DNA of 64,000 nt, from contig DASVNK010000022.1 of the NCBI GenBank assembly GCA_036383895.1, forward strand, positions 33,738-97,737, written 5' to 3'. Numbering within the stretch: the first letter of the stretch is position 1; every line of letters begins with the position of its first letter. Position numbers and translations under genes: made by a program. Origin of the DNA: Verrucomicrobiia bacterium. Its GTDB lineage: Bacteria; Verrucomicrobiota; Verrucomicrobiia; Limisphaerales; SXQI01. The notes below the pieces were generated by a model, which searched no databases, was not told the origin of the DNA, and saw only the letters and a list, made by a program, of their open reading frames with translations. Of the stretch, positions 37,808 through 45,806 are shown piece after piece.

Positions 37808-39820
37808 ATGTTTGGCTTCCTAAAAAAATTCGGAAAGAAGAGCGACGCTGTAGCGCCTCTCATCCCGGTGCCGATCGCACCTGAACCCGCAATGGCATCC
37901 GTCGCCGAATCTGCTTACGCAGCCCCGGCCGCTCCCCAACAGAGAACGGGCTTCGCCCGGGCGCCACTTGCCACTCGCTCTACCGCCATGCCTTCAACGC
38001 GAGTTTCTCCCGCTGTTACACCGCGCCCCGTTCGCACTGCGGTTCCTGGAGCTGCTACACCACCTGCCGCGCCCGCACCGGTTCGCCAACCTGTTCCCGC
38101 CGCGCCTCCCGCTGCCGCGCGTCCATATATAGCTCCGGCTCCCGTTGCGCCTCCGGTCACGAATGATGTTTTAGTCGAACTGCCGCTCAAGAAACTTTGG
38201 CACAAGCTCAACCCCGCGGTCATTCAGGGCGCGGCGTTCCATCCAAATGGCGACTCCTTCCTGTGCATGCCACTTTCCCTCCTCCAGGCGCAACTTGCCC
38301 GGGGACAGGTCCGAATATCGTTTCCTGAATTTCAGAGTTTCGCGCCCGAAGGTCTATTTCTGGACGCAGCAGGTCGAGAGGAGATGCAAGTTGATCTTCC
38401 GATCGCTGACATCCTGCCGTTGCTCGGGCCGGAACACCTTTCGCGTCGTCCGCAACGCCGCGCAGAAATTCCCGATGATATCGGTCCCATCTTCGGACCG
38501 AGCGGCGGTCCTGCGCACGGCCTGCGCATAGCAGAAACTCGTCCGCGCGCCGGAGCCCCAACCGCGCAAGCCCCCGCACCGGCTCCAGAACCGCCCAAGC
38601 CGTCCTACATCCAACCCGCGCAGCAAAACACTATCCCCGCACCGTTTCCCATTCCTGCACCTAAAATCTCGGCGCCCATCGCCCCACCGGTCGCGTCTGC
38701 CGCGCCGATCAGTCCAATCGCTCCCGCTGCAGAACAAACCGCGCCTTCGGTTCCGGTCTACGATTTACCTCCCGCTCAAACTGCCAATGAGCCGATTCGT
38801 GCGCCGAAGCTCGACCCAAGCCTGGCAACCTTGAAGCCAAAAGCCGCCGCGCCAATCCAGCCGGTTGCTCCCGCTCCTGCGTCGATCCCCGCACCAATTC
38901 CAGCGCGCGTCGCTCCGGCTCCTGCTTCCAACGGTTCCGACTCATCCCATGGTGAAACGTTCAACCTCGCGCTGATGGATATCGCGGCGTTTTGGTCCGA
39001 GAAGGGTCGCAACGATCTCTCCAATTTATATAAACACTCGTTGGAGATTCCCATGAGCACGCTGGAGAGCTCGCTCAAGTCCGGCAAGCTTGCCTTCCAA
39101 TGGCGCGAAGTGCGTCCATGGCTGCGCCTCGCGGCGGGCAATACCGCACCCACTCTTCAAGACGATCTCATCATCGAATTCCCTCTCGCCATCATCGCAC
39201 CTCGCTTCGTTGAGCAACGTTTCAACGGCAAGTCGCGCCGAAAATTCGAACTGGGTGACGACATCGGAGATGTTTTCGAGCAGAAGACCCCCGCGCCCGG
39301 CGCTCCCCCAGCTCCATCCGCCCCGGTCCTTGGCGCCACAGCCGTCGCGATGGACATGTCCGCCGCGATTACAGCTTCGACCAAAACTGGCGATACTGCA
39401 TTTGTCGCACGGGCGGCGGGCAAGACCCTGCTTGAGTTCGGCGAAATTTTCGGTCAGCCAGACAAGAAAGATTGGACGATGGCGGAAGTCGCACAAAAGA
39501 CCATGACGTTACGCGGTGTCACTGGCGCTGTGATCAGCAATGCTGACGGTATGCTGGTCGCCGGCTCCTGGCCGAACGTGAAGGGCGACGCGGTCGCGGC
39601 TTTCCTCCCGCAGATGTATAACCGCACGATTCAATACACCAAGGAGTTGAAACTCGGCGAGCCGGGCAATCTGACCCTGATGATCGACAACATCCCACTC
39701 CAAATTTTTAAAGCAGGATCAAGCTATTTTACCGTTCTTGGCCGCGCGGGAGAAAACCTGCCCAAGGCGCAGTTGAACGCGATTGCCACACGGTTAAGCA
39801 CCCAATTCAGCGGAAAATAA
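37808..39820 (+). CDS. Pro/Ala-rich protein with two repeated globular modules and a C-terminal Roadblock/LC7 domain
   Basis: 670 aa. Low-complexity P/A tracts. Two homologous ~108-aa modules (aa 121-230 and 383-490), both ending ..DDIGxxF. C-terminal roadblock pattern (TLRGVTGAVISNADGMLVAGSW...LMIDNIPLQIFKAGSSYFTVLG). Confidence 0.7.
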   Translation: MFGFLKKFGKKSDAVAPLIPVPIAPEPAMASVAESAYAAPAAPQQRTGFARAPLATRSTAMPSTRVSPAVTPRPVRTAVPGAATPPAAPAPVRQPVPAAPPAAARPYIAPAPVAPPVTNDVLVELPLKKLWHKLNPAVIQGAAFHPNGDSFLCMPLSLLQAQLARGQVRISFPEFQSFAPEGLFLDAAGREEMQVDLPIADILPLLGPEHLSRRPQRRAEIPDDIGPIFGPSGGPAHGLRIAETRPRAGAPTAQAPAPAPEPPKPSYIQPAQQNTIPAPFPIPAPKISAPIAPPVASAAPISPIAPAAEQTAPSVPVYDLPPAQTANEPIRAPKLDPSLATLKPKAAAPIQPVAPAPASIPAPIPARVAPAPASNGSDSSHGETFNLALMDIAAFWSEKGRNDLSNLYKHSLEIPMSTLESSLKSGKLAFQWREVRPWLRLAAGNTAPTLQDDLIIEFPLAIIAPRFVEQRFNGKSRRKFELGDDIGDVFEQKTPAPGAPPAPSAPVLGATAVAMDMSAAITASTKTGDTAFVARAAGKTLLEFGEIFGQPDKKDWTMAEVAQKTMTLRGVTGAVISNADGMLVAGSWPNVKGDAVAAFLPQMYNRTIQYTKELKLGEPGNLTLMIDNIPLQIFKAGSSYFTVLGRAGENLPKAQLNAIATRLSTQFSGK

Positions 39821-39821
39821 T

Positions 39822-40454
39822 ATGGCGCTCATTAATCAAGCCTCCAAAGAAATCCAGGTTAAGGTCGTTTACTACGGTCCAGCACTTTGCGGCAAAACCA
39901 CCAACCTCGTAAAAGTTCACGAGAACGTTCAGGTCGCCGGCGACAAAGGTAAGCTCGTCTCCCTCGCGAACCAGACTTCCGACCGCACGTTATTCTTCGA
40001 CTTCCTGCCGATCGAGGCAATGTCGATTAAAGGATACAAAACGAAGTTCCAGCTCTACACCGTGCCGGGCCAGGTGATCTACAACACCACTCGCCAGCTC
40101 GTCCTTCGCGGCGTCGATGGCATTGTCTTCGTCGCTGATTCGCAGTACGATAAAATGTCGGAAAACGTCGAAAGCTTCGCGAACCTTGAAGAAAATTTAC
40201 GCGCGCTGAAGCTCAATATTGCCGATATACCTTACGTGCTTCAGTACAACAAACGCGACCTCCCGAACGTCGCGCCCGTTGATTACATGGAATTTTTGTT
40301 GAACAACCGGGAAGTGCAGGTGCCGTCCTTCGAAGCGGCTGCGCCGAAGTGCGAAGGGGTATTCGAAACTCTGAACATGATCACGCGGATGTTGCTGCAC
40401 AAATTATTGTCGCAGACCAGTTCGCCGAAACCGGCTGCTGCTGTGGCGGCCTGA
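39822..40454 (+). CDS. mglA: MglA-family Ras-like small GTPase
   Basis: Near-diagnostic MglA sequence. KVVYYGPALCGKTTNL (P-loop), DRTLFFDFLP, LYTVPGQV, VDGIVFVADSQ, LQYNKRDLP. Starts 2 nt after the upstream stop. Confidence 0.9.
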   Translation: MALINQASKEIQVKVVYYGPALCGKTTNLVKVHENVQVAGDKGKLVSLANQTSDRTLFFDFLPIEAMSIKGYKTKFQLYTVPGQVIYNTTRQLVLRGVDGIVFVADSQYDKMSENVESFANLEENLRALKLNIADIPYVLQYNKRDLPNVAPVDYMEFLLNNREVQVPSFEAAAPKCEGVFETLNMITRMLLHKLLSQTSSPKPAAAVAA

Positions 40455-40462
40455 TTGCCAAC

Positions 40463-40942
40463 ATGACGGGTACACTCCCACAATTAATCGAAGAGGATGT
40501 CGAGGAGATCGAAGCGATCTTCGCCGACTTCCTGAACAAAGCTGAGGCCGATTCTGTCCTGCTCACGGCCGAAGGCGGGTTCCTGGTATCCGAACACGGG
40601 AATACCAAGAAGCTCGACACCATGTCGCTCGGCGCGCTCGCCTCGAATTCGTTCGAAGCGAACAAAGCGATCGCCGGCCTCATTGGAGAACCAAGCTTCA
40701 GTAGCATTTACCAGGCGGGTGAAACCTTCAGCATGTATGTGCAGAGCATCGATGGTTACAACCTCATGGTCGTGATTTTCCCAGTCACCACCGCGGTCGG
40801 TGCGATCAAATATTACGCCCAGGCCGCCCGCGACGAAGTTGCCAAGGTCTTCAATCGCGCCAAGAAACGCGATCCAGATGCCGGCCTCGACCTCGCCATG
40901 ATGAACATGGCCGACAGCAGCCAGATCTTCCGCCGAAAGTAA
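40463..40942 (+). CDS. mglB: MglB-like Roadblock/LC7 GTPase-activating protein
   Basis: Starts 9 nt after the mglA stop. ..ADSVLLTAEGGFLVSEHGNTKKLDTMSLGALASNSFEANKAIAGLIGE...SMYVQSIDGYNLMVVIF.. matches the MglB/roadblock pattern. The track ORF (40349) is an out-of-context upstream extension. Confidence 0.8.
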   Translation: MTGTLPQLIEEDVEEIEAIFADFLNKAEADSVLLTAEGGFLVSEHGNTKKLDTMSLGALASNSFEANKAIAGLIGEPSFSSIYQAGETFSMYVQSIDGYNLMVVIFPVTTAVGAIKYYAQAARDEVAKVFNRAKKRDPDAGLDLAMMNMADSSQIFRRK

Positions 40943-40953
40943 GGCGAACCCCT

Positions 40954-41571
40954 CTACAGGTTCGCTGCTTCCTTCGCGAAGATCTTCGCGGGATTTCCCG
41001 CGGCGATTTGACCGGCGGGAACATCACGGGTGACCACCGCACCTGCGCCCACCACAGCTCGGTCGCCGATCGTCACCCCTTTTAGGACGATCGCCCTCGC
41101 TCCGATAAAAACAAATTCCCCAATTGTTATCGCGCGCGCGTTCTCCGCGTATTCATTTCGCCAGCCCGATTCCGAATCCAGCGCGTGGAAGTCGTTATCC
41201 AAAATCATCGCGCCGGATCCGACAATCGTTCCTCGGCCAATCTGAACACTCTTCCCGGCGCATACCACTGCGCCGCTCAACCCAACATTTTCTTCGAAAA
41301 TTAACTCCGCTCCAGGCGCGAGTGTTCTGAACACGCACGGCTGAAAGCAGGCGAGGGGATTGGAACGAAGCGAACTGTTCGCGACGAAGTTTTCTCCAAA
41401 CACCATTCGTGAATCTCCCGCCACCGAAACGATCGGTCGCCCCTGAAATGTTGCCGTTCCCAAAAACTTTGCGCCTTTCAGCTTCGCTTCTAATCGCCAG
41501 AGCGCTCCGAGCATCACCCTGAAATAACTGATTCCCAGGCCGGCAATTTGAGCAGGTGATCCCTTCGGCAT
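40954..41571 (-). CDS. Hexapeptide-repeat (left-handed beta-helix) acetyltransferase
   Basis: ..IGRGTIVGSGAMIL.., ..ITIGEFVFIGARAIVLKGVTIGDRAVVGAGAVVTRDVPAGQIAAGNPAKI... Start taken at MPKGSPAQ (41571). The longer track ORF to 41664 is unsupported. Confidence 0.7.
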   Translation of the reverse strand: MPKGSPAQIAGLGISYFRVMLGALWRLEAKLKGAKFLGTATFQGRPIVSVAGDSRMVFGENFVANSSLRSNPLACFQPCVFRTLAPGAELIFEENVGLSGAVVCAGKSVQIGRGTIVGSGAMILDNDFHALDSESGWRNEYAENARAITIGEFVFIGARAIVLKGVTIGDRAVVGAGAVVTRDVPAGQIAAGNPAKIFAKEAANL

Positions 41572-41663
41572 CGGCGCTGTTCTAAGAGAAGCGGGTGCGC
41601 AAGCCAAGCGCCATTCGCTCCGCAACGCTGTTAACGCTTGCCATTGCCCAGTAGCTTTCGGCA

Positions 41664-42926
41664 TTGAAATGCCGGTTGCTGAATCCTGGAAATGATCCGA
41701 TTTTGCCGAAGCGCCCGCTCCGCGTCGCTTGGTTCACCTATTTTCCAATCGAATGGCTCCCCGAACTTCCGCCTGAACTTCAGAAGTTGCCCAGGCTCCA
41801 TCCCGCCACCTGGCAGCGCGTCCTCTGGGAAGAATTTAGGCACGACGAATCCTTGGAGTTGCACATCATCATCCTCCGAAGTCATTTTCCCGCGACCATT
41901 CGCTTTCGCCGCAACAACACCACCTTCCACTGCATCAAAACTCCCGGTGGCACTCGCGCTACAACTCTGTTTTGGACCGACACCTTCTACGTCTCGCGTG
42001 AGTTAAAGCAAATCCAACCCGACCTGGTGCACGCCTGGGGCAGTGAATTCGGCGGCGCAGCCATTGCGAGTAGATTGAACTGGCCGGCGCTCGTCACCAT
42101 GCAGGGAATCCTCACTTGGTACGGCAGCGTCTTCCCGCTGAACCTCCACACGAAGCTCGCCCGCCTCGCGGAACCGCCCAGCCTTCGCAAAGCGCACGTT
42201 GTCACCTGCGAATCCAGCTTCGGCATGAACTATCTCGCCGAACGTTATCCGCATCTGAAGCTGTTGCAGGTCGAGCACGCTCCCCATCCCTCTTTCTCGC
42301 AAGTTGTTCGCCGGCCACAGAACGATCCCCTTCGCATTGTTTGCGTGGGAACATTCCTCTTTTGGAAAGGCGCGGATGTGGTCATTCAAGCTCTCGCCAG
42401 GCTGGAAACTAACAAGCCATTTGAACTTTTCTGGATCGGTGCGAAAGACGCAGCGCTGGAGGCCGACCTTCGTTCAAAAACACCCGAAGCGTTGTGGAAA
42501 CGAATCACCTTTAAGCACAATCTTTCTCCGGCCGAGATCGCCGCCGAACTATCACAGGCCACCCTGTTCCTGCACGCAGCGCGTGCAGACAATAGTCCAA
42601 ACTCAGTGAAGGAAGCCGTTGTCGCCGGCGTCCCCGTCATCGCCACCAACACCGGTGGCATTCCCGACTACGTCATTCCAGGTAAGAACGGTTTTCTTTT
42701 CGCGAGCGGAAACGTGGATGACTGCGCCAGTAAGCTTCAGGACGCCATCGCTCACCCGACCTTCAACAAGGGCTTGGTTGATCCAGCTACGCTCTCGGAA
42801 ATGCGCGCCTATTTATCCGCCAGCACCATGGCCACAAAGTTCAAAGAAGCGTATTCCGCAGTGCTGAAAGACGATCCCCGATCAACTCACTCCTTGCGGG
42901 CGAGCAACGCGAACTCGACTACCTGA
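41664..42926 (+). CDS. Family-4-type (GT-B) glycosyltransferase
   Basis: ..VCVGTFLFWKGADVVIQAL.., ..ARADNSPNSVKEAVVAGVPVIATNTGGIPDYVIPGKNGFL.. (EX7E-like region). Confidence 0.8.
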   Translation: MKCRLLNPGNDPILPKRPLRVAWFTYFPIEWLPELPPELQKLPRLHPATWQRVLWEEFRHDESLELHIIILRSHFPATIRFRRNNTTFHCIKTPGGTRATTLFWTDTFYVSRELKQIQPDLVHAWGSEFGGAAIASRLNWPALVTMQGILTWYGSVFPLNLHTKLARLAEPPSLRKAHVVTCESSFGMNYLAERYPHLKLLQVEHAPHPSFSQVVRRPQNDPLRIVCVGTFLFWKGADVVIQALARLETNKPFELFWIGAKDAALEADLRSKTPEALWKRITFKHNLSPAEIAAELSQATLFLHAARADNSPNSVKEAVVAGVPVIATNTGGIPDYVIPGKNGFLFASGNVDDCASKLQDAIAHPTFNKGLVDPATLSEMRAYLSASTMATKFKEAYSAVLKDDPRSTHSLRASNANSTT

Positions 42927-43753
42927 ACATCTTCAAACGGCCGTTTCCTCGCCGCGGAACGTAAGTTTGGCCAAAGACCGCGCAGGTAATTCTCATCCGC
43001 TTTGCGCGTCGGCGTGACCTTGGTGACCTTGAACCCTGCGCGTTTCACCGCCTCGACATGCTCATCCACGAAACGCCGCGTGGCCCGGTGATACTTGGGA
43101 TACATCAGCCGAAACAACCAATCCGGGTACGTCTGGAAATCCAGCGGCGGCATCGGGTCTTCGAACAACGCATGCCCGCCCAGGTCAATCTGGTGCAGCA
43201 TCCATCCGCCGGGTGCAAGAACTCGGTGGCAATTCGTATAAAACGCGTGCAGGTCTTCGACGTGCTCCATCACGGAGAATGAAAAAAGAAATTCGTGTTC
43301 TTCCCGTGGCTCGAACTTTTCCATGAAACAGGTGTAGTACGCCACGCGAGAACTATCCAGGTGCCAATCCCCGTTCCTTTGAACAATGCTCGGATCCACC
43401 GGCAACCCTTGCTTCTTTAGGGCGTTGAGTACCTCTACCTGCCTCTCATTCACCACCGGCGGCTCCACCTCCACAATGTTCACGTGCCTTGCGCCCTTGG
43501 AGAGCAGGCAACTCGCCCCCGCCAGGCAATCGCCAGCTCCCACCTCGCAAGCTGCTTTGCCCCGCAGATCCAACTCCTTCGGGCCATGTTCAACGATAGT
43601 TCGGACAATCCATCCGTGTCGCGCGATTACCTCCTCAAACGCGCACCCCAGCACAGGCGCCGCGGTGTGGCGCGGACGAAAGCCCAATGTTCTCCGAACC
43701 CTCCGCTTAAGAGCGTAGTAGACCGTTTGTGCGACGCGCTTTTTATGAAGCAT
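42887..43753 (-). CDS. Class I SAM-dependent methyltransferase
   Basis: Motif I ..ACEVGAGDCLAG.., post-I ..IVEVEP.., ..VLAPGGWMLHQIDL... Convergent with the glycosyltransferase, overlapping it by 40 nt. Confidence 0.75.
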   Translation of the reverse strand: MLHKKRVAQTVYYALKRRVRRTLGFRPRHTAAPVLGCAFEEVIARHGWIVRTIVEHGPKELDLRGKAACEVGAGDCLAGASCLLSKGARHVNIVEVEPPVVNERQVEVLNALKKQGLPVDPSIVQRNGDWHLDSSRVAYYTCFMEKFEPREEHEFLFSFSVMEHVEDLHAFYTNCHRVLAPGGWMLHQIDLGGHALFEDPMPPLDFQTYPDWLFRLMYPKYHRATRRFVDEHVEAVKRAGFKVTKVTPTRKADENYLRGLWPNLRSAARKRPFEDVQVVEFALLARKE

Positions 43754-43925
43754 TGGTCGGCATCTCTTAATTGATGGCTACCTTCGGAGACAAGGGAATT
43801 CCCCATCAGCTTCAGTAGCAAATTCACTCGCCACGCTCCCTTCTTCGACCGCCTGAGAACATTCGATATTTGAAACCACCTCAGGCGTTTGCGCGTCTGC
43901 TGATGGAGATGGAGAAGGTTATCTC

Positions 43926-44903
43926 GTGAGTTTGCGAAGAATTGTTCTATTGGTTTGCTGCCTAACCAGCACTGGATTTGCCGCCGTCCAGGTTTCTGAA
44001 GAAGCAGTTTTTCACCGGATGTGTGATGCCTCCGCTGGGATTGCGCTGAGCACAAACATTTTCGTCGCCGCTGACGATGAGAGCAACCAGTTGCGCACTT
44101 ATTCCCGTGCTCATCCCGGTGTTCCGGTGAATCAACTCGAACTCGGCGCCTTCCTGCAGATCGGCAAAGGCAAACCGGAAATCGACGCAGAAGGCGCGGC
44201 ACAAGTTGGCGACATCGTTTACTGGATCACTTCCCACGGTCGCAATCGCCAGGGTGAGCTTCGCCCCAGCCGCCAGCGCTTCTTTGCCACGCGCATCAGC
44301 AACAAAGGTGAGCCACGCCTCGAAATCTCTGGTCGCCCTTACGCGAACCTCCTCCGCGATCTTGTCGCTGACCCGCAATTCGAACAGTTTGATCTCGCCG
44401 ACGCTGCCAGCAAAGCGCCCAAGAAAAAAGGCGCGCTCAACATCGAAGGTCTGGCCGCGCGCCCGGATGGCACTTTGTTGATCGCCTTCCGCAATCCAGT
44501 TCCGGACAAAAAGGCGCTGCTCATTCCGCTCTTAAATCCCGCCGAACTGGTGAAACCGGGCGGCGCCCGCGCGAAGTTTGGTCCCGCCATTCAGCTCGAC
44601 CTCGACGGCAACGGCATTCGCGACATGGTCCAGCGCGATGGAAAGTTTTATATGATCGCTGGCGCACGCGACGGCGGCCACGACTTTCAGCTTTACCGCT
44701 GGAATGGCAACGCCGCGCCCGAGTTGCTCCACGAATGGAAAGCCCGTTCCTTCAATCCCGAAGCGATCCTCAGCGTCCCTGGACGGCCGAATGAATTCAT
44801 CATCCTCAGCGACGATGGAAGCCTCAAACAAGGCGGCACGGAATGTAAAGACCTGCCCGAAGCTGCGCGCCGATTCAGAAGCGTCTTACTGAGAATCGAG
44901 TGA
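43926..44903 (+). CDS. Secreted hypothetical protein (possibly DUF3616-like)
   Basis: GTG start. Signal peptide LRRIVLLVCCLTSTGFAA. ..DASAGIAL...FVAADDESN.. and ..LNIEGLAARPDGTLLIAFRNP.. are reminiscent of DUF3616. The assignment is tentative. Confidence 0.45.
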   Translation: MSLRRIVLLVCCLTSTGFAAVQVSEEAVFHRMCDASAGIALSTNIFVAADDESNQLRTYSRAHPGVPVNQLELGAFLQIGKGKPEIDAEGAAQVGDIVYWITSHGRNRQGELRPSRQRFFATRISNKGEPRLEISGRPYANLLRDLVADPQFEQFDLADAASKAPKKKGALNIEGLAARPDGTLLIAFRNPVPDKKALLIPLLNPAELVKPGGARAKFGPAIQLDLDGNGIRDMVQRDGKFYMIAGARDGGHDFQLYRWNGNAAPELLHEWKARSFNPEAILSVPGRPNEFIILSDDGSLKQGGTECKDLPEAARRFRSVLLRIE

Positions 44904-44927
44904 AGTCGGCGCGAACACCACGCGAGC

Positions 44928-45671
44928 TCACAACTCCCCATTCGTCGCAAAAATGTTGAACTTGTTGCTCCGCAAATCGAGATACTTCCATGCCTCAGCA
45001 TGCCCGTCCGCAAACACAATCGTCGCCTTCACATTGTGCCGGCAGGCCGGTTGCTTCGCGTAACTATATATGTTCCATCCTTGGGCTTTGTCCGGCGGAA
45101 ACGTCACGATCTCGGTATTGTATGCCGCTGGTGGGCGATTCGGGTTTGGATTTGAAACTTTTGGTATTCCGGTGTCGCCCATCAACCAGATCTGGGTTGG
45201 CCGTTGAATATCCGTGGTCTTTCGGCTTCCCAAACGCCGGACCCCTCCAGGCTGTTCAAATCCGTAGCGGATAATCGTGCTTTCAACCGGACCGTACCCT
45301 TCCCATCTCGCGCCGAATACAGTCAGGATGTCTTTCTCCTTTACCGCGGGGCATCGCCAAACGTTGTTCGAAACCGTGTTCGCCGTCAGATACTTCCCCT
45401 GTGAAAGCAATTGCCACCACCACAAACCGCCCGGCTCCACGTTACTGCCCGCCCAGGCTTTCGTATAAAGGTCCGGGTAATGCTGGTTAAAATCATCCGC
45501 GTAGGTGTGGAATGCCAGCCCCAGTTGCCTGCAATTATTCAGGCACTTCATCGTGAGTGCCTTCGTTTTGGCTCGTGAAAGCGCCGGTAGAAGCAGGCTC
45601 GCCAAAATCGCGATGATCGCAATGACCACAAGCAGTTCGATCAACGTAAAACCGCGCTGTCTGGAGGTCAT
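44928..45671 (-). CDS. Prepilin-type N-terminal cleavage/methylation protein, DUF1559 / H-X9-DG family
   Basis: [27 protein letters not shown]-terminal H-X9-DG ([13 protein letters not shown]). Confidence 0.85.
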   Translation of the reverse strand: MTSRQRGFTLIELLVVIAIIAILASLLLPALSRAKTKALTMKCLNNCRQLGLAFHTYADDFNQHYPDLYTKAWAGSNVEPGGLWWWQLLSQGKYLTANTVSNNVWRCPAVKEKDILTVFGARWEGYGPVESTIIRYGFEQPGGVRRLGSRKTTDIQRPTQIWLMGDTGIPKVSNPNPNRPPAAYNTEIVTFPPDKAQGWNIYSYAKQPACRHNVKATIVFADGHAEAWKYLDLRSNKFNIFATNGEL

Positions 45672-45806
45672 GCCGCTATAAAAATGTATTTGCGATGGCT
45701 AGTCAATGCAGCGCAGGCGCTCCCACTTTCCGTTTAATGGCGTTACGCCGCTTGCTTGCGAGGCCTGTTGAACACTAAGGTAGCCGAGAAACCGATCACT
45801 AAACTC

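Noticed and set aside
40349-40462. N-terminal 38-codon extension of the MglB-like ORF overlapping mglA
   Set aside because: The extension (MRRGIRNSEHDHADV...) lies within the mglA coding region in another frame. An ATG 9 nt after the mglA stop gives a canonical MglB-length protein.
40943-40975. Hairpin GCGAACC...GGTTCGC between mglB and the convergent acetyltransferase as a terminator
   Set aside because: The stem is short (7 bp), it overlaps the acetyltransferase stop region and it lacks a clear U-tract. It is too weak to report as a feature.
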